Below are positions 32,101 through 41,798 of a stretch of 55,411 nt of DNA, one piece after another. This stretch comes from a virus. Its lineage: Duplodnaviria > Heunggongvirae > Uroviricota > Caudoviricetes. The stretch is taken from positions 64,001 to 119,411 of IMG/VR virus record IMGVR_UViG_3300009551_000002; one strand, given 5' to 3'. The notes under the pieces were generated by a model that saw only the letters and a program-made list of their open reading frames with translations, did not search any database and had not been told where the DNA came from. The translations under genes and the position numbers were made by a program. The first letter of the stretch is position 1; each line of letters opens with the position of its first letter.

Positions 32101-33915
32101 GTCAAGCGTTCTGTCGATGAACAGTACCGTGCTTGGGAGCGTGGCGGCGAACGGACTACCGTACAGATCATCCAGTTTTGGAGTGCTGTCCGTGCGATCA
32201 ATGCCGACAACATCGCTGTCGTCAAGGAAGCCGACGAAAAGATCACCCAGTCGACCGAGAAGTTCCGGGAGAACACTCGTAAGGTCAACGAAGAGATCGA
32301 AAAACAAAACGAGCTACGTCGTGAGGGCGTGCTCATCGCTGAAAAAGCGAACATCGAACAGAAGTACATCACCACACCTCCTGCATCTCTTAGCCCATTC
32401 GCGCCTACGCCGGAGCAGCAGCAGAAGCAAGAGGTCGGCAAAATCGATCTCAGCGCGATCCAATCGAAGATTGCCGCTGTTAATGAAGAATTAAGGATCG
32501 AAGAGGAAGCCAATCGTACTGCTACAGACAACTACGCGAAGCTCCAAAGCAAGAAGCTCGCACTAGAGAACGAGTTCCTTGCCAAGAGTAGGGCTCTCGA
32601 AAACGAAGCTCTCAAGGATCAACTCCAGAATTACCTCCAGTACATTCAGCAGATCGACCAAGCTTTCCTCAAAGGCATAAACGAGTGGGTCTTTAGCCAG
32701 AAGCGGTTCAGCGTGGCGATGATGGATGCCTGGAAAGGCATCGTCACCAGTGTCGTCCAGGACATTGAGAAGATCACGATCAAGTGGATCGAAGCCCACT
32801 TGATCATGAGGGCGCTCAACAAAATAGTCGGCCCGCAGCCTCAGTTCAATCCCGGTGCCGGGCCGGGTCACGGATATGGGCCACCTACTCCTCTTGGAGT
32901 TCCTGGCACTGTGCCGACACCGGTCACTATCGTTGGTGGAGGTGGTATCCTCTCCGGCAATGGCGGTTTGTTAGGCACTGGCGGCATCCCCAGAATCGGG
33001 ACTGGACCGTTGGGCGGTAGCGACCAGCAACCAAAAGAGTACGACGAGTATGGCTTCCGAAAGCGTCCGAGTTCGGCATTAGGTGTTGCCGGTGAGGCTC
33101 TAGGGGCACTGGGTGGTTCAAAGGGAACGGGTGCCGGAGCGGGCGACGACGCCTCTTTGCAAATCGGAGTCGCGGCAACCCAAAAAGCAGCCGCTGAGGA
33201 ACAGACGATTTGGCAGCAATCTATCCAAAAGTATCTCGGATTTAATCAACAAAAGTTAGTCTCCGATCAGGTCACAGCGAGTCGGCAGATTGCAATCGAT
33301 ACTTCCGAGAATACACAGAAGGAGGTGATGTCTGCTAGGTCTTCTGCGATCGAAGCACAACAAGCCACATTCTCGGTAACACGCTATGAGGCGATGAAAG
33401 AGACCGAGGTCGGTGTCACTGCCGCGACCGAAGCTCAGAAGACGGCGTTGACGGCTGCCGGGGCATCGGCGAGCGCTGCTGCGGAGAAGACCGCAAACTC
33501 TACCAGTATCCTTGGATCTGCCAAGAAAGCCTACGCTGCCGTTAGCGCGAACGAGGGCATCAACTCGATTCCCTTCATTGGCCCGGCGTTAGCGCAGGCT
33601 GCTGGCGTCGCGGCCTTCGGAGCGATCCTGGCCTTTGGCGCTTACGAAAAGGGCGGTATAGTTGGTGCTGCTCCGACTCTAGCTTTGCTCCATCCTCACG
33701 AGATGGTTCTCCCTAAGAATATTAGCCAGAGTGTGCAGTCTATGGCTGAAAACGGTGGAGGGCAGGGAGGGCAGGGAGGCAGCGAAGTACACGTTCATTT
33801 CCACAACACGATACACGCGCTCGATCACCAGGGCATGGACCGTGTGCTGGACAAACACGGTAAAACACTCGTCCGTTACGTCAAGTCTGAGATGCGCGCC
33901 GGGAGATTCGCTTAA
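29122..33915 (+). CDS. Tape measure protein (1597 aa)
   Basis: Long Ala/Gln/Glu helical protein after the chaperones; C-terminal YEKGGIV...LLHPHEMVLP motif. Confidence 0.92.
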   Translation: MADDYSIRAKITGDASEFKVAMETAAASAEQNTARIKAELAEVKAQSAILAQALKNDRDILAAIGEPKAGTGAADFLPGLKERLAETEKSLEETQKKAAALKAELAGVPSIAAAGGGAGPPNGPNGPELTKKQLDLLAQAAQSAARQLQTLPAIQEEVAAKVNASVIEMAAIRKRADAEVAESAKILAAIQVSGLAESGDIRGQLALTGATEAHILALKTQQQVQARQAEVTAEAAAREELLARATAQSTAATEADIQAKVQDAITSAGSATAALQIADAQEATLSGARKQAAAIEQANQIIQRSSTTVAQIQAEVASQTGISAEKMATYVKRASTEVNEANKAIGASQLALSESIAAGDQAAIDSMAALQNTAAGLASGLAALKSQYADITTSQQAAADAAAQQASALDVVTEVTTAAAERGQNFAAIQQEIAAGVGKTSVELGATYVRATAAAREATNALVHDAERLGPAIQQKLPGADAALATLRAQMQQTRLAAAELAATIKLVELAEAESTPAAQAAALAQFQNAIAEKGSAVAALEAEVAARKLAAAQDQVATSSNVARVAEAELVGSTQGMIFALSRVLASIPAIQEGLKLLFPIITAVAFAEILDQTINKVGELADAFEGFGKEEKARLEDNIRVAQNSFDTYFNLREKLNQNRGIGYTGIPKLSIESKAAEGDLKQLQGEMTRLETQAQTLQKALDATDYSKLSKKPSPESGASDPFFTLLAPNVTKFSAPAAEAINRFQGREINPQVGTHDEVEKNLTDNQKAREALQAKIDIAKNAEAPRIQAEIADTAFKQSIELEERRIAKIKEFGVAEAAELRKRAQDEFVNGQIDADQKAALLTKAAEDQFQIEQTYAKKHDALQEQLKAKGATPSFINEEIDQQRRQIDLQRGLDQVDIQRAKDHKAELNKINEEHLKQITDKLPEVEEAAPEGHGKQAGLAFLQEQQAAIQKLPKSDLEEYQKAVEYLAKAIPRLMGAASKEAEEAVKRSVDEQYRAWERGGERTTVQIIQFWSAVRAINADNIAVVKEADEKITQSTEKFRENTRKVNEEIEKQNELRREGVLIAEKANIEQKYITTPPASLSPFAPTPEQQQKQEVGKIDLSAIQSKIAAVNEELRIEEEANRTATDNYAKLQSKKLALENEFLAKSRALENEALKDQLQNYLQYIQQIDQAFLKGINEWVFSQKRFSVAMMDAWKGIVTSVVQDIEKITIKWIEAHLIMRALNKIVGPQPQFNPGAGPGHGYGPPTPLGVPGTVPTPVTIVGGGGILSGNGGLLGTGGIPRIGTGPLGGSDQQPKEYDEYGFRKRPSSALGVAGEALGALGGSKGTGAGAGDDASLQIGVAATQKAAAEEQTIWQQSIQKYLGFNQQKLVSDQVTASRQIAIDTSENTQKEVMSARSSAIEAQQATFSVTRYEAMKETEVGVTAATEAQKTALTAAGASASAAAEKTANSTSILGSAKKAYAAVSANEGINSIPFIGPALAQAAGVAAFGAILAFGAYEKGGIVGAAPTLALLHPHEMVLPKNISQSVQSMAENGGGQGGQGGSEVHVHFHNTIHALDHQGMDRVLDKHGKTLVRYVKSEMRAGRFA

Positions 33916-34529
33916 TGCTTCCTATCTTTCCCCAGGCTGGTAGACCCGGTCTCGGCTATCCCGTGGTACGTCGTCCGTATTTCTCTACAATTGTGACTAC
34001 GGCTTCGAGTGGTACGGAAGTCCGCATCGGGAATTATCTTTATCCACTGTCGGAGTGGGATTTATTGTTCGAGGGGCTCAAGGCCGATCAGTTGAATCAG
34101 ACCTTGCAGACACTTTACGGCTTCTACGTCAGTAACTACGGCAAGTTTGGTGCGTTTCTTTTTGAAGACTTGACTGACAATACCACTAGTCCTGACCCTA
34201 CGAATCCTACCCCTTCTATCATCATCGCGGACGGAGTAACGCAGAAGTACCAGATCGGGCGCTGCTGGCCAAACGGCGGATCGACCGGCTTTGAGCCTCT
34301 GTTCGATCTGAATGGAACTCCCACGGTGACTCCGACTCCGTCTTCGATTAGCACCAATGGCTTGATGGATTTCGGTGGAGCCTTGCCGGTCGGCACGCAA
34401 ATCAAGATGGACTTCAAGTATTACTGGCGAGTGCGTTTCGCCGACGATGACTTAGAGTTCAGCAATTTCGGCCAATATTTGTGGGAAATGAAGAAGCTTA
34501 CTCTCCGTCAGGTGCGCACGTCATTATGA
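33915..34529 (+). CDS. Distal tail protein, DUF2460 / GTA g12-like
   Basis: RPYFSTIVTTASSGTEVR, FY...G....FLFED, YYWRVRFADD. Confidence 0.8.
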   Translation: MLPIFPQAGRPGLGYPVVRRPYFSTIVTTASSGTEVRIGNYLYPLSEWDLLFEGLKADQLNQTLQTLYGFYVSNYGKFGAFLFEDLTDNTTSPDPTNPTPSIIIADGVTQKYQIGRCWPNGGSTGFEPLFDLNGTPTVTPTPSSISTNGLMDFGGALPVGTQIKMDFKYYWRVRFADDDLEFSNFGQYLWEMKKLTLRQVRTSL

Positions 34530-34530
34530 C

Positions 34531-34731
34531 CTACCACTCTATCTCTTGGAGTTCAGGCTTCTCGTCTAAGAGACATATCTGGACGCATAGTCTTCCTGGA
34601 CAGGACTGGTCTGTATGCCGATAGTATCTCCTGATCGAATCGACGATCGGCCAGCCTTCCTGGCGATAACACGGCATCTCTCCCCCACAGAGTTTGCAGG
34701 GGAGAGTCGCCGGGTAAGTAGACGTGCTCAT
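34531..34731 (-). CDS. Small antisense Cys-rich protein inserted in the tail operon
   Basis: Fits the gap between two + genes; CKLC and H..SC motifs; no + strand gene covers the gap convincingly. Confidence 0.5.
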   Translation of the reverse strand: MSTSTYPATLPCKLCGGEMPCYRQEGWPIVDSIRRYYRHTDQSCPGRLCVQICLLDEKPELQEIEW

Positions 34732-34763
34732 GGATCAATAGTACTACAAATGAGTAAGAAATC

Positions 34764-36323
34764 ATGAAAGCCGCCAGCCAACAGTTGATCGACTTCCTCG
34801 CCAACCTGTCAGAGAACGAACCTGACGCGGCAGTGTGGATCGTCGACCTGTACACGTTCACCTTGACGAACGGTCTCGTCCTCAACTGGTGCTCGTGGGA
34901 TCAGCCCATTACTCTTCGGCAGGGCTCCATCACCGGAGCGCAGTTATCGGCAGGAGGAGTTGGCTCGCGTGTTGGCGATACCTACGTCTTGAATGCTGGA
35001 AACAACGATGCCATCATCGAAGCCCAAGCGGTCGACGGCATCGGCGCGATCACGCAGTTCACCTACAACGCGCTCTCTACCGATTCCGCCAACAGTCCCG
35101 GCACCGGCTATCAGATCTGGAATAACGTCACCGTCTATCCTGGCGGTTCGCAGCCCGGTCAAGGCTCTGGAATCCTCATCAACATCACAGCCGTCAGCGG
35201 AACAGTCACCTACGAAGTCCTCTCTCCGGCCACTCCCGACGTGCCTGCTATCGAGCGTTCCAAGATCAATAGCACGGTCGGCCTATCTGTCGATGACCTG
35301 ACTGTGACGATCGCGTCGACGCCGACCGTGCAGATCCCAGCAGGCAGCGGCAATAGTCTCCTGTCTGCTTTGCAATCCGGCACGTTTGACGGCGCTCAAG
35401 TTTCCGTGCAGCGCCTGACGATGCCTCGACCGGGCGATACGAGCCTCGGCACCGTCATGTGGTTCCGAGGCACAGTAGGCGATATCCAGGACATCACGAA
35501 GATTGGTGCCAAGATCATCGTCAAAGCATTGACGGAATATCTGAACATCAACATGCCCAAGAACCTGTTCCAGCCTGGGTGTCGACACACGTTATTCGAC
35601 GTGGGCTGTACTCTGAATCCACAGAATTTCACAACGGCTGGGAGCGTTCAAAGCAATCCGGCACCGACCGTCATTTCCTTTGCAACGAGCTTGACGGCTC
35701 CCGGCCCCATTCCAGGCCCGACTGCCAGTGTAGGACTTTCTCAGACCGGCATTACTGGAGTGAATCTCGCGACAACGACCTATTACGTGGTCGTCACTTA
35801 CGTTACCGGTGTAGGCGAGACTGGCCCGTCACCAGAAAGCTCAAGGACGATCGGTTCTGGAAACAGCAATACGCAGAATCAAGTGCTCATCGTCGACTCG
35901 CCGCCTCCCGCAGCCGGAGTGCTCGGCTATAACGTCTACATTGGCGAACAATCCGGCCAATGGCAATTGCAGAACGGCGGCCCTATCCCTATCGGCCAAA
36001 GTTTTACGATGGACGGTGATGGGCTGGTACAGGGCGTGCCTCCACCGAGCGACACCACCGGCTATTACACGCAAGGAGTCATCCTCTTCACTAACGGGGC
36101 GAACGCTGGAGAGAGCCGCTTCATCGTACGCTACGGCGACGACACCACTGGTCGTGGAGTCGTGACGATCATTGATGCACTGCCGGTCACGCCCAATCCC
36201 GGCGATACCTTCATCATCCGTCCTGGCTGCGACAAGCACAGTTCGACTTGTCAGAATAAGTTTAATAATCTTATCCACTTCGGTGGCATGCCGTTTACGC
36301 CTTCGCCGGAGACCTCGTTCTGA
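34764..36323 (+). CDS. Baseplate hub/tail tip protein, DUF2163-BR0599 (GTA g13/lambda L-like) with two inserted domains
   Basis: DLYTFTLTNG..W, PGCRHTLFD.GC, GCDKHSSTCQNKFNN..FGG.PF.P. Confidence 0.85.
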   Translation: MKAASQQLIDFLANLSENEPDAAVWIVDLYTFTLTNGLVLNWCSWDQPITLRQGSITGAQLSAGGVGSRVGDTYVLNAGNNDAIIEAQAVDGIGAITQFTYNALSTDSANSPGTGYQIWNNVTVYPGGSQPGQGSGILINITAVSGTVTYEVLSPATPDVPAIERSKINSTVGLSVDDLTVTIASTPTVQIPAGSGNSLLSALQSGTFDGAQVSVQRLTMPRPGDTSLGTVMWFRGTVGDIQDITKIGAKIIVKALTEYLNINMPKNLFQPGCRHTLFDVGCTLNPQNFTTAGSVQSNPAPTVISFATSLTAPGPIPGPTASVGLSQTGITGVNLATTTYYVVVTYVTGVGETGPSPESSRTIGSGNSNTQNQVLIVDSPPPAAGVLGYNVYIGEQSGQWQLQNGGPIPIGQSFTMDGDGLVQGVPPPSDTTGYYTQGVILFTNGANAGESRFIVRYGDDTTGRGVVTIIDALPVTPNPGDTFIIRPGCDKHSSTCQNKFNNLIHFGGMPFTPSPETSF

Positions 36324-36324
36324 T

Positions 36325-36762
36325 ATGTTTCCCGACTCTCCATCGATTCGTCAGCAGGTCATCGAAGAGGCCGAACGCTGGAAGGGCACCCCCTTCCTCC
36401 ACAACGCCATGGTTCGCGGCTGCGGTGTCGGCTGCGGGACTCTGCTCATGGGCGTCTATGGCGCGCTAGGCGTCCCTGTGCCGACTCTCGACGAGTTAGG
36501 ACATTTCCCTCGTGACTGGCACCAGCATACAGACGAGGAACGCTATCTGAACATCCTCCTCAAGTACTCAAAGATCGTCGCAGCGCCTCAGCCGGGCGAT
36601 ATGGTGCTCTTCAAGATGAAGCGGGTCTACGGTCACTCTGGCCTTATCACTACGTGGCCTCACCTGATTCATGTCCTCTGGGGCAGCACCGTGCAGGGCG
36701 CGAATGCCGATCAGATGCCCTTGCAGAAATATCCAAGAATATTCCTCAGTCCGTTTGTGTAA
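36325..36762 (+). CDS. NlpC/P60 tail-associated peptidase (GTA g14/lambda K-like)
   Basis: AERWKGTPF.H, GVGC (Cys), GHSG (His), LIH. Confidence 0.85.
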   Translation: MFPDSPSIRQQVIEEAERWKGTPFLHNAMVRGCGVGCGTLLMGVYGALGVPVPTLDELGHFPRDWHQHTDEERYLNILLKYSKIVAAPQPGDMVLFKMKRVYGHSGLITTWPHLIHVLWGSTVQGANADQMPLQKYPRIFLSPFV

Positions 36763-36804
36763 TCGACCTAAATCCCTTAATCTCTCTGTACCGATTCCCT
36801 TCTC

Positions 36805-39800
36805 ATGTTTGGCTCTCCTAATCAAGCGGCTCCACATATCTTCCTCGGGTATCAACTCCAAAGCTCGATCTTTGGATTGCCGATCCCGATCATCTATGGT
36901 CAGCAACGAATGGCTGGCAACGTCATTTGGACCGGGAACTGGCAAGCGAATCCGTATTCCGGTTCTGGCGGCAAAGGCAGCAAGGGAGGCAAGGCAGGCA
37001 AGTCAGGAGCCGGTGGACAGATCTACACCTACTCCAGTGCCATTATCATCGCACTGTGCGGCGGTCCTGTACGTGGGATCGGATACGTGTGGGTCAACAA
37101 GGTTCGGCTTGCTGTTAGCTCGGCGAGCGAGCCGATTCTCATCCCGTCAGACGGCAGTCCAGTGGTCCCAGGCAATGCTGGGATACAGACCGCAACCGAT
37201 ACCGGAGTGACCGATATCACGACTGGACTATCATTTGCTTTATTTACTCCTACTGGCGTAAACCCCAATCTAGGTAAAGGACAATATTCTTACAACAACG
37301 GGACTTATACTTTTAGTCTTCTGGATGGCGGGACGACGGTCCTTATCAACTCGACGGGACAAACCTTCGCGATCCCGAATCCTAACCCTGGAGCCTTCAT
37401 TCCGAATCAGACCGCTTCGTTTACGGCAGCGACGACGACCAGCAATCTGATCACCGACAGCGGAGTCTATCAGGCAGTCACGTATAACGCGACGGCGACG
37501 GATTACGGCAACCCTGCCGGAGCGGTCTCGCTGATCGGCAATCAGCAGATCAAGTTCCGTAGAGTTCCGTCCAATCCACAGAGCGGTCAGTACACCTTTG
37601 ACCCGACCGTTGGATACGTCTTCAGTCCATTCGATGCCGGTCAACTCATCAGCATCAACTACACCTGGAACGATCCCAATTACCTGACGGACGGCAATCC
37701 AGTGCAGAGTTTGAACCTGACTCTCTTCGGAGGTGAAGAGGGACAAGCTCCTTGGGATTACCTCGAAACCAACTTCCCCTCACAGGCATTAGGCTATTCC
37801 GGCCTCTCTTACCTAGCCAGCAACAAAATGGATTTAGGTTTTAGCGGGGCGCTCGATAATTATGGTTTTGAAGTATTAGGACTGTTCCCATTCGGTGGAG
37901 GCATCATCGATGCGGCGATCCCCGACGTTATCCAACATTTTCTTAGCGATCCTTTTGTTGGTGCTGGTTTTCCTGCTGGTGCTATTGGCGATCTATCCGA
38001 ACTTCGCAACTACACGATCGCCAGCAACATCTTCATCTCGTGCGTGGTTGATAGCCAGCGTACCGCAGCCGACTGGTTATCCGATTGGATGACGATCGCC
38101 AACTGTGAAGCTGTGTGGTCGAATGGCGTTCTGAAGTTCCGTGCCTACGGTGATAAAACCGTCATCGGCAACGGCGTCACGTTCACGCCGGTCACTTCCC
38201 CGATCTACGATCTCGACGACGACGACTTTACTGGCGACGCCGAAACTGCATTACTTAGCGTGACGCGTCCGACGATTCGCGACGCTTACAACTCTGTCAG
38301 CGTCGAGTGGACGAATCGCGCGAACAATTATTCTGCCGAGCCTGTAGAAGAACGCGACGACTGGAGCATCTCCCAATACGGCTTACGTCCTGCTCCTGTG
38401 CAGCAGCTACACTCGATCACCACTAGCACTGTCGGTCAGATGGTGGCGAACACAGCCCTGCAACGCAGCGTATACATTCGCAACCAATATAAGTTCAAGT
38501 TGTCCGCAGTTAAGTATCAGTTGCTCGAACCAATGGACATGGTCACGTTGACCGAGCCGGAGATGGGTCTGTTGAAGACTCCGGTTCGCATCAAGTCCAT
38601 CAGCGAAGACGACAAGTTAGAGCTAGAGTTCGAGTGTGAAGAATTCCCGTGGGGCACGGCTACTCCTACTCTCTTTCCTAAACAGAACATCGGCCCGTTC
38701 GGCCCGGTCTATTATCAGAATCCCGGTAACACGCTTCCGGTATTGTTCTACGAGCCTGATCCACCGGCAGTCATCTCTGGTGGCGTCGTCAATACTCTCT
38801 ACATCGGTCTGGCGGGTGCACAGAACTGGGGCGGCTGCCACGTCTACGCCTCAACTGACGGTGGGAAGAGCTACGTCCATGTCGGTAAGCAGACAGGGAC
38901 TTCGACTGTCGGCTACCTTACCGCTCCGTTGCCCCCGGTGACTTCACCCGACGACACCAGCACTTTGTCGTTGGATATGTCCATCAGTCAAGCAGAATTG
39001 CTGTCTTACACGCAATCTCAAGAGAACAATCTGGTCCCGCTTTGTGTCATTGACCAGGAACTGATTTCTTACAGAACTGCAAAACTAACCGGAAATAATC
39101 AGTGGGATCTGACGCACATGCAGCGCGCGGCTTACGAGAGCCCGCTCTCGCAACACAGTGTCGGCTCTCCTTTCGGTTTCTTCGACGACGCAATGTTCGT
39201 TTGGGAGTTCGACGAGTCCAACGTCAACACTACAGTCTATTTCAAATTCCTCAGTTTCAACAAAGCCGGGCTGATGCCGCAGACTCTGGATAAGGTTCCG
39301 GCGTATCCATACTTCATTCACGGGCGGCGTCCTCCGTACCCCTGGTCAACTCACGACCCGTTCACCGAAAACGCACCGAACGATCTCTATCGTAGCCCGA
39401 ACTTCGGTCTATGGGAGAAGCTCCTCACCGACGTCAACGGCAACATTACTCCGCAATTCACGATCGCCGGATTCGGTACGGTCAACGTATTTTCCAAAGC
39501 GACCGTCGCTCCTTCTTTCGGAGCGGTCACGGTCTCTCCGACTGGTGGCACTATCAAAGGGAATCAGGTCGTGGTTCTCGGAGTGTTCGCGCAGGCCAGC
39601 GATAACCTCTTCACGCGCATGGCTCTGATGTCGGTGGAAGTTCCTGCCGGATCGGATACCAACAGAATCGACTTTACTGTTTCTTTCGCCAATCCTACCG
39701 ACCAGGGATGGATCGCGATCACGACCGATCCGGAAGCTGGGTGGTTCGGCCCCGGCATCGTAGCGGTTCCGACGAACTCGACGGCATCGCTGACTCCGCA

Positions 39801-41763
39801 AATGACCGCCATGGCGAACGCGTATCTGGCTTCGTCGCATGCCGCAGGAGTCGATGTCGACCACTGGCTATTCTTCTATCAGCAGATCACCGGAGTGAAC
39901 ATCTCGCCGGTTCAGGCAGAAGCGGTAATCGTAGCTCTGGGAGAAACGGACGCTACCCGCACGACTCCTATCGCGTTGAGTACATTCTTGACCGTACTGC
40001 CGACCGTGATTGAAGTCGCCAGTTACACCTTCACCGAGATTGGAGAACTTGATACTCCGGTTCCCGACGAGCAGTTCGACCATTACGTCGTACAAGCGCG
40101 CGTCGGCTACGTGCTCGGCGCTACTGGACAGGCGATCACCAGTATCAATTATCAGACCGGTGAGATCTCCATGGTTTCGGGCGCGAATGCTCCGGCAGGA
40201 ACGCAGGCTTGGGTAGGACGAACTGTAACCTGTTACGCGATGCAGGACGCGACGAATCCATTGGTCATATTTGATGAACCAATCGTTGCCCAAACGGATA
40301 CCACTATCTCGGTCGACCCGGCATCCTTGATCGATAGTAGTCCAAACGCATCGATCATCAGTACTCCGCTGACGTCTGCACAAGAAGCGAGCCTCATCGC
40401 GCAGGCCAGCCTGGACGCTAGTTACCCTAACTTCGGAGTCGATAAGTGGCTGTTCTACTGGACGCTGGTTACCGGCGTGAGTCTGGCGGGTGGTCAGGTC
40501 GAGAAGATCATTTTAAGTCTTGGTCTGACTGATGCTACTCGTGCGACGGTCATTACCGTAGATCAGTTCCTGACTGCTCTGCCTGCCGCAGCTTCCTTCC
40601 TTGGTGTCGGAGATCACCTGCTAGTCCGGCTGACCTGCACGGGATTCGCTCCGGGAAGAGTCGAAGACAACACGCTTCTGTTCTGGAAGAACGATCAGTT
40701 GCCCAATGGTCCTTCTATTTTCGGAATGACTCCGAACGCCTACGTGGGCAAAGTGGTCTTCCTCACGAGGGGGACCGGAGCCGGTCAGTTCTCTAACGTG
40801 GTCAGCAACGACTCCATCGGATTCAACGTCAGTCCGGCATTTGAAATCGTACCCGATGCGACCACGGAATTCGTAGTCATCAATTCGAGCGTCGACTACG
40901 AAACCGATACCAGCCCGCTAACCTTTAGTTCACTGGAGTCTGGTGTCAGCAGCGGGGCTCTCACTTCCGAACTCTCACAAGCTGCGACGCAGTACCTACT
41001 AAACACTGGAGTCGCGGGGGTCGACGTCGATCATTGGATGTTCTTCTACCAGCAGATCACCGGCATCCCGATCAGTCCTGTACAAGCCGAAGCGATCATC
41101 ATCGCCTGTGGTCTGAGCGATGCAACGCGGACGAGCTTTGTTCCTCTGGGGACTTTCCTTGAGGCTCTCCCTGGCGCGGGCACTCCGATCTTCCTGACGC
41201 TCAATGTCGATAACAGTTGGCAGCATTACTTCATCCAGGTGCTGACGGTAAACAACGAGAATATCCGTTCGCTTCCGCAGTTCTCGCCTTATCGGATGAT
41301 CTTCCAGCCTGGATTCTCTGGGCCGAACAACTTCGGTACTCCGCAGGATACGTTCTATATTGGCTACCTGCCTGGAGGCTTACCGGGACCGATCCCCGCA
41401 GGAGGAACCAGCACACTCTCGGTAGAGACCGTGCCCGGCATTCTGTTCGGTTGGGATGCCGTTGCAGAGATCAACAACGGAACTGCGGATACGGTCTTCG
41501 ACATCCTACGTACTCGCACGGAGGGTGGAGTCACCACGACCGTCAGCATCTTCAACGATCCTTCGCAGTACATCACGATCCCTGGTGGAAGTACGTTGAT
41601 CGCTTCGGGGACGGCTTTCAGCACGACCTCCAATGACATTCGTCAGGGAGACATCTTGCAGTTGGTTGTGATCAGCGTCGATGGTTCTTCTCCGGCAGAG
41701 CGAGCCACGGTGAACCTGTTCTGGAAAAACAATCCGCTGCCGGGCGGGGTGGTTGGTCAATAG
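36805..41763 (+). CDS. Central tail tip/host-specificity protein (J/GTA g15-like, 1652 aa)
   Basis: PIPIIYGQQRMAGNVIW, YSGLSY, phage-tail_3-type core (YNSVSVEW.NRANNY, LLEPMD.VTL); three dispersed helical inserts. Confidence 0.88.
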   Translation: MFGSPNQAAPHIFLGYQLQSSIFGLPIPIIYGQQRMAGNVIWTGNWQANPYSGSGGKGSKGGKAGKSGAGGQIYTYSSAIIIALCGGPVRGIGYVWVNKVRLAVSSASEPILIPSDGSPVVPGNAGIQTATDTGVTDITTGLSFALFTPTGVNPNLGKGQYSYNNGTYTFSLLDGGTTVLINSTGQTFAIPNPNPGAFIPNQTASFTAATTTSNLITDSGVYQAVTYNATATDYGNPAGAVSLIGNQQIKFRRVPSNPQSGQYTFDPTVGYVFSPFDAGQLISINYTWNDPNYLTDGNPVQSLNLTLFGGEEGQAPWDYLETNFPSQALGYSGLSYLASNKMDLGFSGALDNYGFEVLGLFPFGGGIIDAAIPDVIQHFLSDPFVGAGFPAGAIGDLSELRNYTIASNIFISCVVDSQRTAADWLSDWMTIANCEAVWSNGVLKFRAYGDKTVIGNGVTFTPVTSPIYDLDDDDFTGDAETALLSVTRPTIRDAYNSVSVEWTNRANNYSAEPVEERDDWSISQYGLRPAPVQQLHSITTSTVGQMVANTALQRSVYIRNQYKFKLSAVKYQLLEPMDMVTLTEPEMGLLKTPVRIKSISEDDKLELEFECEEFPWGTATPTLFPKQNIGPFGPVYYQNPGNTLPVLFYEPDPPAVISGGVVNTLYIGLAGAQNWGGCHVYASTDGGKSYVHVGKQTGTSTVGYLTAPLPPVTSPDDTSTLSLDMSISQAELLSYTQSQENNLVPLCVIDQELISYRTAKLTGNNQWDLTHMQRAAYESPLSQHSVGSPFGFFDDAMFVWEFDESNVNTTVYFKFLSFNKAGLMPQTLDKVPAYPYFIHGRRPPYPWSTHDPFTENAPNDLYRSPNFGLWEKLLTDVNGNITPQFTIAGFGTVNVFSKATVAPSFGAVTVSPTGGTIKGNQVVVLGVFAQASDNLFTRMALMSVEVPAGSDTNRIDFTVSFANPTDQGWIAITTDPEAGWFGPGIVAVPTNSTASLTPQMTAMANAYLASSHAAGVDVDHWLFFYQQITGVNISPVQAEAVIVALGETDATRTTPIALSTFLTVLPTVIEVASYTFTEIGELDTPVPDEQFDHYVVQARVGYVLGATGQAITSINYQTGEISMVSGANAPAGTQAWVGRTVTCYAMQDATNPLVIFDEPIVAQTDTTISVDPASLIDSSPNASIISTPLTSAQEASLIAQASLDASYPNFGVDKWLFYWTLVTGVSLAGGQVEKIILSLGLTDATRATVITVDQFLTALPAAASFLGVGDHLLVRLTCTGFAPGRVEDNTLLFWKNDQLPNGPSIFGMTPNAYVGKVVFLTRGTGAGQFSNVVSNDSIGFNVSPAFEIVPDATTEFVVINSSVDYETDTSPLTFSSLESGVSSGALTSELSQAATQYLLNTGVAGVDVDHWMFFYQQITGIPISPVQAEAIIIACGLSDATRTSFVPLGTFLEALPGAGTPIFLTLNVDNSWQHYFIQVLTVNNENIRSLPQFSPYRMIFQPGFSGPNNFGTPQDTFYIGYLPGGLPGPIPAGGTSTLSVETVPGILFGWDAVAEINNGTADTVFDILRTRTEGGVTTTVSIFNDPSQYITIPGGSTLIASGTAFSTTSNDIRQGDILQLVVISVDGSSPAERATVNLFWKNNPLPGGVVGQ

Positions 41764-41798
41764 TTCGTCTTTTCAAAAAACTTTAAGGGAGAATATTC

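Noticed and set aside
33757-33780. GGAGGGCAG short repeat in the tape measure gene
   Set aside because: Only encodes a GQGGQGG linker; too short to be meaningful
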